Assembly: GCA_041649635.1 (NCBI GenBank)
Contig: JBAZMV010000007.1
Coordinates: forward strand, 10,900 to 74,899
From: Dehalococcoidia bacterium
GTDB taxonomy: Bacteria; Chloroflexota; Dehalococcoidia; E44-bin15
Length of the DNA: 64,000 nt
Direction: 5' to 3'
Shown: positions 1-8,117 of the stretch, piece by piece
How positions within the stretch are numbered: the first letter of the stretch is position 1
How the letters are laid out: the number at the start of each line of letters is the position of its first letter
The notes under the pieces: generated by a model
Seen by the model: only the letters and a program-made list of their open reading frames with translations
The model's database searches: none
What the model was told of the DNA's origin: nothing
Program-made: the position numbers and the translations under genes

Positions 1-31
1 GGCTCGTCCGATTCTCGCAGGGAGATGAGTT

Positions 32-865
32 ATGTCGCAACCAGATGATGAAAAGACGGCGCTCGTTACCGGGGCCTCCGGAGGTATCGGCTATGAACTG
101 ACAAAACTCTTCGCCCGCGACGGATACAATCTGGTGCTGGTAGCCAGGAACGCCGGCGAGCTTCAGAAAATAGCAGAGCAACTAAAATCGGAATACGGCA
201 TCTCCGTTAAAATCATCCCAAAGGACCTTGCATCACCGGATTCCCCTCGTGAGATATTCGACGAGATACAAGCGGATGGAATCTCCATCGACATCCTGAT
301 CAACAACGCCGGCTTCGGCGCATACGGAAGTTTCCGCGATACCAACCTTAAAGACGAGCTTGAGATGATGCAGGTCAACATGGTTTCCTCAACGCACCTG
401 ACGAAGATCTTTCTGCCCGGCATGATATCAAAAGGATACGGACGCATCATGAACGTATCTTCTATGGCAGCCTTCCAGCCGGGGCCCCTAGTCGCGGTCT
501 ACTGTGCCAGCAAGAGCTACGTTCTGTCTTTTTCCGAGGCCCTGGCCGAGGAACTGAGCGGCACCGGAGTGACTGTAACAGCCCTCTGTCCGGGCCCTGT
601 CAGCACCGGCTTTGCCAAGAGAGCAAAAACGGAGAGAACAAAGGTGATGATCAGCGGCCTATTCAACAAGGTCTGGGAAGCGAAAGACGTGGCGGCGATC
701 GGATATCATGGTCTCATGAAAGGCAAGACGGTGGTGATCCCCGGCAAGAGATATATCCTATCCACTTTAATCGTCAGATGGGTGCCGCGGAAGCTCGTGA
801 GAAAATCGGCTAAGAAGATAATGGAGGAATCTCGTAAAACACTTCCTCCGGACCGCGACGGATAG
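32..865 (+). CDS. SDR-family short-chain dehydrogenase/reductase
   Basis: 277-aa ORF. It has the TGASGGIGYE Rossmann motif, NNAG, and the catalytic Y-x3-K (YCASKSY). Confidence 0.85.
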   Translation: MSQPDDEKTALVTGASGGIGYELTKLFARDGYNLVLVARNAGELQKIAEQLKSEYGISVKIIPKDLASPDSPREIFDEIQADGISIDILINNAGFGAYGSFRDTNLKDELEMMQVNMVSSTHLTKIFLPGMISKGYGRIMNVSSMAAFQPGPLVAVYCASKSYVLSFSEALAEELSGTGVTVTALCPGPVSTGFAKRAKTERTKVMISGLFNKVWEAKDVAAIGYHGLMKGKTVVIPGKRYILSTLIVRWVPRKLVRKSAKKIMEESRKTLPPDRDG

Positions 866-922
866 AACCCCCATAGCTACCACTCAATTCCTTTTGCCTC
901 ACGATAGTGTTAAAATTACATC

Positions 923-1522
923 ATGACAGCGATAGTGCTTGCAGGCGGCAAAAGCCTGAGACTGGGACGCAACAAAGCCATTGAGCAGTTCGGCGACAAG
1001 CCTCTTATTCAGCATGTCATCGATACCGTCTCACAGATTGATAACGATATAATAGTTGTAACCGCGTACCGCGATCAGTTACCCGCTCTCGCACCCAGCA
1101 TAAAGATAGTAAGCGACTGCTGCAACCCGGGCAGCGCAGCGCTGGTCGGTTTATACACAGGATTGAAAGAAGCCAGTTCGTTCCGCAGCCTAGTTGTAGC
1201 CTGCGATATGCCTTACCTAAACACAGACTTGTTGCGATATATAATCAGCGCAGCTGAAGGCTTCGACGCAGCTATACCGAGAATAAAAAACTTCATTGAG
1301 CCGCTACATGCCGTGTATTCCAAGAACTGTCTCGAACCATTGCGGGCTCAGATCGAGAGCGGAGACCTAAAAATATTCCCTCTAGTTAAAAAAGTGAACG
1401 TAAGATTCATTGAAGAAGACGAGCTCAATCGTTTCGACCCGCAGCATCTAAGCTTTTTGAACGTGAACTACGAACACGATCTAAAAAAGGCGAGAGATTT
1501 AATGTATAAGGTGCGTAAATGA
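923..1522 (+). CDS. mobA: molybdenum cofactor guanylyltransferase MobA
   Basis: 199 aa. It has the N-terminal IVLAGGKSLRLG nucleotidyltransferase motif and the ACDMPY motif typical of MobA. It overlaps moeA by ATGA. Confidence 0.8.
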   Translation: MTAIVLAGGKSLRLGRNKAIEQFGDKPLIQHVIDTVSQIDNDIIVVTAYRDQLPALAPSIKIVSDCCNPGSAALVGLYTGLKEASSFRSLVVACDMPYLNTDLLRYIISAAEGFDAAIPRIKNFIEPLHAVYSKNCLEPLRAQIESGDLKIFPLVKKVNVRFIEEDELNRFDPQHLSFLNVNYEHDLKKARDLMYKVRK

Positions 1523-2748
1523 TCAGCGTCGAAGAAGCGTTAGAAAAAGTCTTGAACTATATCAAAGTTCTCGACAGCATTGAGGCTCCGATACTGGAAT
1601 GCCTGGGGCAGGCGCTTTCCGACGACGTCTATTCCTCATTCGATATCCCTCCCCGCGACAACTCCGCTATGGACGGATACGCAGTGCGCTCAGCCGACGT
1701 GGCTGAAGCTTCGAGTTCCAATCCCGTTTACCTCAATGTCATCGGCGAGGCCAGGGCGGGCGGAACATCGAACATGAAGGTCAGCGCTCATACGGCTGTG
1801 CGCATCATGACCGGCGCCTTCATGCCGGACGGAGCCGATACCGTAGTGAAGTTCGAAGATACCGATGAGACGCAACGCACCGGACAACCGCTCAAGCAGA
1901 TCGGCGTCATGAAGTCCATTGAGAAGGGCCAGAACGTTCGATACGCCGGCGAGGATGTCGGAACCGGACAGCTCGTATTTAAGCGCGGGACCATACTGCG
2001 CCCATCGGAGATCGGCGTTCTCGCATCTCTGGGTATCGATAGGGCGAAGGTAACACGACGGCCGACCGTGGCGATACTGGCCACCGGTGACGAACTGGTC
2101 GAACTGGGGCAACCGCTTTCGGAAGGGCGGATTTACAACAGCAACAGCTACAGCGCGGCGGCGCAGGTCCTGCGCTACGGCGGCATACCGCGCCTGCTGG
2201 GCATCGCCAGAGATATGACCGAGGACCTCGAACCTAAAATCATAGAGGCTCTATCAGCCGACATGCTGCTCACCACCGGCGGCGTCTCCATGGGCGATTA
2301 CGACCTGGTTAAAGAAGTCCTCGCGGCGCAGGGCGAAATATCGTTCTGGAAGGTGCGCATGAAGCCGGGCAAGCCGCTGGCCTTCGGCACGATAAAGGGC
2401 GTACCGCACCTCGGCTTGCCGGGGAATCCGGTAAGCTCCATGATAACGTTCGAACTGTTCGCGCGTCCGGCAATACTTAAGATGATGGGCAAGCCCGTCA
2501 CGCAGAAGCCGGCGGTGGAAGCTATATCAGAGAGCTACATCAAGAACACCGACGGCCGTCGCGTGTACACCAGGGCGATAGTGCGCAAAGAGGGCGACAG
2601 ATATTACGCCAGCACTACAGGACCGCAGGGCTCCGGCATTCTCACATCGATGTCGATGGCCAACGCTCTGGCTATTGTCCCGGAGGATGTCGACGCTATT
2701 AAAGAGGGCGATATAGTAAAAGCTATAATGCTTGACTGGGAAGAATAG
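1519..2748 (+). CDS. moeA: molybdopterin molybdo/tungsto-transferase MoeA
   Basis: 409 aa. MoeA-like blocks are present (SAMDGYAVR, ILATGDEL, GGVSMGDYD, MKPGKP, LPGNPVS). Translationally coupled to mobA. Confidence 0.88.
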   Translation: MISVEEALEKVLNYIKVLDSIEAPILECLGQALSDDVYSSFDIPPRDNSAMDGYAVRSADVAEASSSNPVYLNVIGEARAGGTSNMKVSAHTAVRIMTGAFMPDGADTVVKFEDTDETQRTGQPLKQIGVMKSIEKGQNVRYAGEDVGTGQLVFKRGTILRPSEIGVLASLGIDRAKVTRRPTVAILATGDELVELGQPLSEGRIYNSNSYSAAAQVLRYGGIPRLLGIARDMTEDLEPKIIEALSADMLLTTGGVSMGDYDLVKEVLAAQGEISFWKVRMKPGKPLAFGTIKGVPHLGLPGNPVSSMITFELFARPAILKMMGKPVTQKPAVEAISESYIKNTDGRRVYTRAIVRKEGDRYYASTTGPQGSGILTSMSMANALAIVPEDVDAIKEGDIVKAIMLDWEE

Positions 2749-2770
2749 AAAAGGTGCATGTATTCTAAAT

Positions 2771-2909
2771 GTCATTGCGAGGAGTCATTCTACGTAATAT
2801 TATCGTGGAAGGATGACGTGGCAATCTAATCATCTATGCCTCAATACTAACCTGATGAGATTGCTTCGTCCTTCCATAGGGTAACTGCCGTAAAAGGACT
2901 CGCAATGAC
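2771..2909. repeat. REP/MITE-like nested inverted repeat (GTCATTGCGAG family)
   Basis: The outer arms gtcattgcgag (2771-2781) and ctcgcaatgac (2899-2909) are perfect complements. The inner imperfect arms are 2806-2827 and 2858-2876 (tggaagga..gcaatct / agattgc..tccttcca). Entirely intergenic between moeA and mobB. Confidence 0.6.
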
Positions 2910-2948
2910 AAAAGGTTTCGACCCGATAACATACAAGGAGTGTGTAAC

Positions 2949-3599
2949 ATGTTACCAGTTGTTTCAATAGTAGGCCAGGGCAAATCCGGCAAGACGACCC
3001 TTATCGAAAAGCTCATACCGGAGTTCAAATCCCGCGGCTACCGCGTAGCCGCCGTCAAGCACACGCACCAGGATCTAGAGTTGGACACGCCGGGCAAGGA
3101 CAGCTGGCGCTACGCGCAGGCCGGCAGCGACGCCGTCTTCATCAGCACACCTAAGAATCTGGCCCTCATAGAATCGCTGGAGCAAAACGCTTCGATAAAG
3201 GACATCGCGCGACTGATGGGCGCCGATTTCGATCTGCTTATCGTCGAGGGCTTCCACGATGCGCATGTGCCCAAGATAGAAGTACACCGCAAGGAGACAG
3301 GCAAAGAGCTGAGATGCAAACCGGAGGAACTGAGAGCGATAGTTACCGATGAAAATATCGATATCGAACTGCCGCAGTTCAAGCTGGACGACGCGTCCGG
3401 TATAGCCGACTTTATCGAGGGCAAACTCGTGGGCAAGCGCAAAGACGAGACGACATTATTTATTAACGGCGAGCCGGTAACGCTTAACCGCTTCGCACAG
3501 GATATAGTCGCCGGGTCGATACTGGGAATGGTCTCCACCCTCAAAGGCATCGGCGAGGTGAAGAGAATCGAGGTCGCCTTCAGGAAGAAGGTCGGCTAA
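2949..3599 (+). CDS. mobB: molybdopterin-guanine dinucleotide biosynthesis adaptor MobB with about 50-aa C-terminal extension
   Basis: P-loop GQGKSGKTTL plus VKH..H and GKDS motifs. I chose the ATG at 2949 (AAGGAG 8 nt upstream) over the GTG at 2940. Its stop overlaps the convergent acyP stop (CTAA at 3596-3599). Confidence 0.8.
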   Translation: MLPVVSIVGQGKSGKTTLIEKLIPEFKSRGYRVAAVKHTHQDLELDTPGKDSWRYAQAGSDAVFISTPKNLALIESLEQNASIKDIARLMGADFDLLIVEGFHDAHVPKIEVHRKETGKELRCKPEELRAIVTDENIDIELPQFKLDDASGIADFIEGKLVGKRKDETTLFINGEPVTLNRFAQDIVAGSILGMVSTLKGIGEVKRIEVAFRKKVG

Positions 3600-3880
3600 A
3601 AAACGACATCGAACCCGCGATACTTCCCGCTGTATTCCCCCCACTCCACATCCACCCCCGCGACGCGCGCCGACCGCGGCCCCTCTCTCAGCTTGGCTAA
3701 GAGCTGTGCCAGCTTCTCCTTATCACCTTCCGCCGCGACCTCGACATTTCCGTCGTCGAGATTTCTTACGTAGCCGACGATTTCGAGAGACTCGGCGTTG
3801 CGCTGAACGAAATAGCGGTAGTTCACACCCTGAACCAGGCCGTAAACCACGGCGTGAAAAGCGGAGCGATTCGTCATCAC
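3596..3880 (-). CDS. acyP: acylphosphatase
   Basis: 94 aa. It has V.G.VQGV.YR and GYVRN..DG.VE, the classic acylphosphatase signatures. Confidence 0.85.
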   Translation of the reverse strand: MMTNRSAFHAVVYGLVQGVNYRYFVQRNAESLEIVGYVRNLDDGNVEVAAEGDKEKLAQLLAKLREGPRSARVAGVDVEWGEYSGKYRGFDVVF

Positions 3881-3969
3881 CTTACCTGCTTTGACATCGA
3901 GCGAACAACCATGCCGTCCGGCATCTCAGTAACATGCTCCACTGCGATAAAGCATCAGGTATGACGGCG

Positions 3970-4122
3970 CTATTGCTCGAATTTTTCTTTCTTGCCCTTC
4001 TTTATGACCTCGACATTTACGGGCGGAGTGTAAACAGGACTTATAATAGCAGGAGGAGCTTTTTTGATACTATCCTTTTTCGGTTTCTTTGCTTCCTTGC
4101 GACTCTTATCTCTGCTTCCCAT
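3970..4122 (-). CDS. small lysine-rich hypothetical protein (50 aa)
   Basis: Not in the ORF track because it is under 60 aa. On the minus strand, AGGAGG lies 6 nt upstream of an ATG. Translation: MGSRDKSRKEAKKPKKDSIKKAPPAIISPVYTPPVNVEVIKKGKKEKFEQ*. I recognise no family. Confidence 0.35.
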   Translation of the reverse strand: MGSRDKSRKEAKKPKKDSIKKAPPAIISPVYTPPVNVEVIKKGKKEKFEQ

Positions 4123-4229
4123 ATGCGACCTCCTGCTAAAAGGTTACCATACGAGGAATAAACTTGACAAGGCGAAGCCGTATTGTTACAATCCACGATT
4201 GGAAGCAGTTCCAAATTTTTTGTTTTTAA

Positions 4230-4306
4230 GGCCCCGTAGTGTAGCGGTCTAACACGCCGCCCTGTCAAGGCGGAGATCGAGGGTCCGAATCCCTTCGGGG
4301 CCGCCA
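4230..4306 (+). tRNA. tRNA-Asp (anticodon GUC)
   Basis: Hand-folded cloverleaf. Acceptor GGCCCCG/CGGGGCC, D stem GTGT/ACAC, anticodon stem CCGCC/GGCGG with loop CTGTCAA, T stem GAGGG/CCCTT, and an encoded CCA. The T-loop reads TCCGAAT, so position 55 is C instead of U. Confidence 0.85.
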
Positions 4307-4330
4307 TTAAAAACAGGAGGGTCCCCTCAT

Positions 4331-5026
4331 ATGGCCACGAACAAGATAATAAGTACTGCTAAGAAAGAAGGTCGGACCGCTCTCACGGAGATCGAAGCGA
4401 AAAAACTCCTCACCGAAGCCGGAATATCCTGCACGGATATAAAGCTGGCCAAGACCGCCAAAGAGGCAGTCACTGAGGCCAAAAAAATGGGGTACCCCGT
4501 GGCTCTTAAGATAGTCTCTCCACAGATATTACATAAAACGGACGTCGGCGGCGTGAAACTCAACCTTAATAACGAAGGGGAAGTAAGCAAAGCCTTCGAC
4601 GAGATTGTCAAATCCGCCAAGAAGCACAAGCCTAAGGCCAAGATAGACGGCGTCTCGGTTCAGCCAATGGCGAAGCCGGGCATAGAGGTCATCATCGGAA
4701 TGAGCAAGGATCAGCAGTTCGGTCCCGTCCTCATGTTCGGGCTGGGCGGCATACTGGTTGAAGTGCTCAAGGATGTGTCTTTTAGGATCGTTCCGCTGAC
4801 GAAGCGCGACGCCAGGGAAATGATAAAGGAAATAAAGGGCTACCCCATCCTGCAGGGCTACCGCGGACATGAGCCCGCCAACATAGAGATGCTTGAGGAT
4901 ATCCTGCTCAAAGTCTCCGAATTTGTTGAGAAGCTGCCCGACATTAAGGAACTCGATATCAACCCCATATTCGCCTACAAAGACGGCGCGCTGGCCCTCG
5001 ACGCCCGCGTTATCCTCGAATCCTGA
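4331..5026 (+). CDS. ADP-forming acetyl/acyl-CoA synthetase, beta (ATP-grasp) subunit
   Basis: 231 aa. ATP-grasp pattern (E.EAK.LL...GI, GYPVALKIVSP.ILHKTDVGGV, INP). Immediately followed by the CoA-binding/ligase alpha subunit. Confidence 0.8.
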   Translation: MATNKIISTAKKEGRTALTEIEAKKLLTEAGISCTDIKLAKTAKEAVTEAKKMGYPVALKIVSPQILHKTDVGGVKLNLNNEGEVSKAFDEIVKSAKKHKPKAKIDGVSVQPMAKPGIEVIIGMSKDQQFGPVLMFGLGGILVEVLKDVSFRIVPLTKRDAREMIKEIKGYPILQGYRGHEPANIEMLEDILLKVSEFVEKLPDIKELDINPIFAYKDGALALDARVILES

Positions 5027-5035
5027 GGTAACGAT

Positions 5036-6457
5036 TTGGGAGATGCCATAAAGCGACTCGACCGGGCGTTCAACCCCCGCTCGGTAGCGGTGATCGGCGA
5101 CAAGATGGCTCTGGGCTATATGTGGCTCAAGTCCATGTCACACTTACAGGGCAGGCTGTACTCGGTACAGATCGATGAAAGGGAATTCCCCGGCATCGCT
5201 TCGCTAGGCATCAAGAACTACCTCAAACTAAGCGACATACAAGACGAAATCGACTACGCCGTAATCGCCGTGCCCAACACGGTAACGCCCAGGATTATCC
5301 GCGACTGCATCGACAAGAACGTCGGCGCGGCCTCGCTTTTCACCTCGGGCTTCGCCGAATCCGGCACCGAAGATGGGCGCAGGCTCCAGGATTCGATAGC
5401 GAAAATCGCACGCGACGCCGGCTTCAACCTGATAGGCCCGAACTGCATGGGCATATATAACCCGCGCCTCGGGGTAAGGCATTCCATCGATCAAATATAC
5501 GGACGCGGCGGCAACGTGGCCTTCATATCCCAGAGCGGAACACACGCCACCTTCTTCTCCCTCGTCGGCCCGCAGAACGGCATACATATATCGAAATCTG
5601 TGAGCTACGGCAACGCCGCGGTGCTGGACTCCACCGACTACCTGGAATATTTCGGCAACGACATAGAAACTGACCTCATCGGCATATATATAGAAGGCGT
5701 GAACGACGGCAGGAGATTCTTCTCCATTTTGAAGGATATAGCCCGACGCAAGCCAGTGGTCATCTGGAAGGGTGGCGTCAGCGACGAGGGAGGCAGAGCT
5801 ACAGCCTCGCACACGTCTTCCATGGCGGGTTCGCCGGCGATATGGGACGCACTCATCAGACAATGCGGCGCTATAAAAGCCGATAACCTTAACGAAGTAA
5901 TCGACGCGATCAAGCTGCTGCTGCACTCCAAACCGGTCGCCGGAGACAGGGTAGGCCTGGCAGCGATGACGGGCGGCCAGTCAGTGGTAATCACCGATGC
6001 CTTCACCAGGGAAGGTTTTAAGGTTCCATTGCTCAGCGAAGCTTCATACAGGAAGTTCGACGCTTTCTTCCAGACGCTTGGCGCAAGCTACCGCAACCCG
6101 CTCGATATCAGCCTCAACTTCCCGCATCTCGACCGGATTATCAAGTCTCTCGATGTGCTCAGCGAGGACGAGAACATCGACACCGTCGTACTCGAGATAT
6201 CCGTACCGTTTATGAAAGACCTGTCGTGGATAAATACGAACCTGTTCGACACTATGATCAAAGCGGTGTCGGATTTCAAGAAACGCTGCGCCAAGTCCTT
6301 TATCACGATACTGGTTCCGGCCCACGCCGAGCAGGAAGCGCTGGAGGTAAAAAAGAAGCTGGTAGCCCAGGATATCCCATGCTTCGCAAGCTTCGAGAGC
6401 GGGGCCAGAGCGCTGCGAAAAGCGGCCGATTTCTACAGCGACAAATCTTCGTCGTAG
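5036..6457 (+). CDS. ADP-forming acetyl/acyl-CoA synthetase, alpha (CoA-binding + CoA-ligase) subunit
   Basis: 473 aa with a TTG start and GAGG upstream. It has the PRSVAVIGD CoA-binding Rossmann, GPNCMG, and SQSGT (phospho-His loop region). Confidence 0.8.
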   Translation: MGDAIKRLDRAFNPRSVAVIGDKMALGYMWLKSMSHLQGRLYSVQIDEREFPGIASLGIKNYLKLSDIQDEIDYAVIAVPNTVTPRIIRDCIDKNVGAASLFTSGFAESGTEDGRRLQDSIAKIARDAGFNLIGPNCMGIYNPRLGVRHSIDQIYGRGGNVAFISQSGTHATFFSLVGPQNGIHISKSVSYGNAAVLDSTDYLEYFGNDIETDLIGIYIEGVNDGRRFFSILKDIARRKPVVIWKGGVSDEGGRATASHTSSMAGSPAIWDALIRQCGAIKADNLNEVIDAIKLLLHSKPVAGDRVGLAAMTGGQSVVITDAFTREGFKVPLLSEASYRKFDAFFQTLGASYRNPLDISLNFPHLDRIIKSLDVLSEDENIDTVVLEISVPFMKDLSWINTNLFDTMIKAVSDFKKRCAKSFITILVPAHAEQEALEVKKKLVAQDIPCFASFESGARALRKAADFYSDKSSS

Positions 6458-6566
6458 GGACACGGCGTGCCGTGCCCTCCCCACCCATGGATTCCGGCTT
6501 CCGCCGGAATGACGGCAGATGCTACATGCAACCGTCCAGTCGTAGGGGCGAGGTGCTCTCGCCCTC
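6457..6566. repeat. cluster of three REP-like hairpins
   Basis: Three hairpins: cacggc-gt-gccgtg (6461-6474); attccggc-ttcc-gccggaat (6491-6510, which on the minus strand reads GTCATTCCGGCGGAAGCCGGAAT); and cGTAGGGGCGAG-gtgct-CTCGCCC (6541-6564). Intergenic. The track ORFs across this region are translation artefacts. Confidence 0.6.
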
Positions 6567-6684
6567 AAATAAGAAATGACCGCTCCCACCAATAGTCCGC
6601 AACCTCTGCCCTTCCGAACGTAAAACAGTTGCGATTCGGCTCCTGTCTATGTTAAGATATAAGCACCATAAAGGAGGGATTTGC

Positions 6685-8106
6685 ATGGTAGGAATAACGT
6701 CTTTCGGTGCATATGTCCCCATCTACCGTCTCAATAGAGAAATCCTGGCCCAGGTCTGGGGAGGAAAAGGTAAAGGGGAAAAAGCAGTCGCAAACGCCGA
6801 TGAAGACAGCTTGACATTAGGCGTAGAGGCTGCAAGGGATTGCTTAAAGGGCTTCGACAAGAGCAAGGTCGACGCCCTTTATTTTGCCACGACAACGGCA
6901 CCCTACAAAGAGAAGCAGTCCGCCAGCATAATAGCTGCGGCCTGCGATCTCAGGGAGGAAATCCGCACTGTCGATATGACCGATTCTTTGCGGTCAGGGA
7001 CAGTCGCCATAATGATGGCATTAGATGCCGTCAAGGCCGGATCGGCAAGGACAGCCCTCGTGGTTGTAGCCGATACCAGGCTCGCTCCGCCGGACACGCT
7101 CTACGAATCTATCTTCGGAGACGGTGCGGCTGCGTTCCTTATCGGCAACGATAATGTGGTTGTCGAAATCGAGGGGATCAGCTCCACAACCGCCCCGTTC
7201 GTAGACTTCTGGAGGCTGGAGGACGACAAGATCATACGATGGTGGGAAGAACGTCTTTGCCGCGAGATGGGCTACGTTCCTTATATGAGCAACGCCATCG
7301 ACGCAGTCTTTAAGACAGCAAAGGTTGAGGTAAAGGACATCTCCAAAGCGGTGATCTCATCGCCGGACAAATCAATGCAGGGAGATATAGTAAAGAAATT
7401 TAAATTCGACCCCAAGGCGCAGGTGCAGGACCTGATGTACGACAACATCGGCCACACCGGATGCGCGCAGGTGCCCATGATGCTCGTCGCGGCACTGCAG
7501 AACGCCAAGGCCGGGGATAAGATACTCGCCGCCAACTATGCCGACGGTGCCGATGCCATGGTATTCAAAGTAACTGACAAGATAAGCAAGATGGCCGACC
7601 GCAGGGGTATTAAAGGCTATTTAAAATCCAGGGTCGCGTTACCCAACTACGGTAAGTATATGCACTTCCGCGACCTCATGGAATGGGAACACGACCTGTT
7701 CATGGAACGCAGAATGGCTCTGGCCGAGGTTTGGCGCCATCGCAACTTCTACTTCCGCTTCTACGGAGTGAAGTGCGGCAAGTGCGGACACATCATCGTC
7801 CCGGCGCCCAACACCTGCATCTACTGCCAAGCCGACGAGAAGTACTTCGAAGAGATACCTCTGGCCGATAAGAGAGGCTCGCTGGTTACATTCAGTCTGG
7901 ATATTCGATCGAGAGCCATTGATCCACCGAACGTGCTGGCCGCGGTCAATTTCCACGGAGGAGGCCGCTTCTTCAGCCAGATGACCGACCGTGACCCGGA
8001 CAACCTTAAGGTCGGCATGGAAATGGAACTCACCTTCCGCAGAATTCACGACGCGCTTCATATCCACAACTACTTCTGGAAGTGCCGGCCGGTGAGAGGG
8101 GAGTAA
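6685..8106 (+). CDS. HMG-CoA-synthase-like (thiolase-fold) protein fused to a C-terminal DUF35 zinc-ribbon/OB-fold domain
   Basis: The N-terminus MVGITSFGAYVPIYRL and ATTTAPYKEKQ blocks resemble HMGCS/KAS-III. The C-terminus has CGKCGH..(x11)..CIYC and an OB-fold-like tail. The ATG at 6685 has AAGGAGG 6-7 nt upstream. The position expected for the nucleophilic Cys reads SLRSGT. Confidence 0.75.
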   Translation: MVGITSFGAYVPIYRLNREILAQVWGGKGKGEKAVANADEDSLTLGVEAARDCLKGFDKSKVDALYFATTTAPYKEKQSASIIAAACDLREEIRTVDMTDSLRSGTVAIMMALDAVKAGSARTALVVVADTRLAPPDTLYESIFGDGAAAFLIGNDNVVVEIEGISSTTAPFVDFWRLEDDKIIRWWEERLCREMGYVPYMSNAIDAVFKTAKVEVKDISKAVISSPDKSMQGDIVKKFKFDPKAQVQDLMYDNIGHTGCAQVPMMLVAALQNAKAGDKILAANYADGADAMVFKVTDKISKMADRRGIKGYLKSRVALPNYGKYMHFRDLMEWEHDLFMERRMALAEVWRHRNFYFRFYGVKCGKCGHIIVPAPNTCIYCQADEKYFEEIPLADKRGSLVTFSLDIRSRAIDPPNVLAAVNFHGGGRFFSQMTDRDPDNLKVGMEMELTFRRIHDALHIHNYFWKCRPVRGE

Positions 8107-8117
8107 AGGAGCGCAAA

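Noticed and set aside
4041-4307. The 88-aa minus-strand ORF and the other 60-75-aa ORFs between acyP and the ACD operon.
   Set aside because: The 88-aa ORF overlaps tRNA-Asp on the opposite strand. The others lack an RBS and have low-complexity translations. Only the 50-aa frame at 3970-4122 has a convincing RBS.
6044-6592. ORFs spanning the 6458-6684 intergenic region: the 182-aa minus-strand ORF, the 117-aa ORF at 6226-6579 and the 66-aa ORF at 6522-6722.
   Set aside because: They run through REP-like hairpins and through the 3' end of the ACD alpha gene in other frames. They are artefacts of palindromic GC-rich repeats.
6649-8106. The upstream-extended start codons offered by the ORF track, at 6649, 8082, 13491, 17726, 19952, 37885, 38902, 41391, 52500 and 53909.
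   Set aside because: In each case an internal ATG, GTG or TTG preceded by a Shine-Dalgarno sequence at 5-9 nt coincides with the start of the conserved domain. It also removes overlap with the upstream gene. The extensions have non-protein-like composition.
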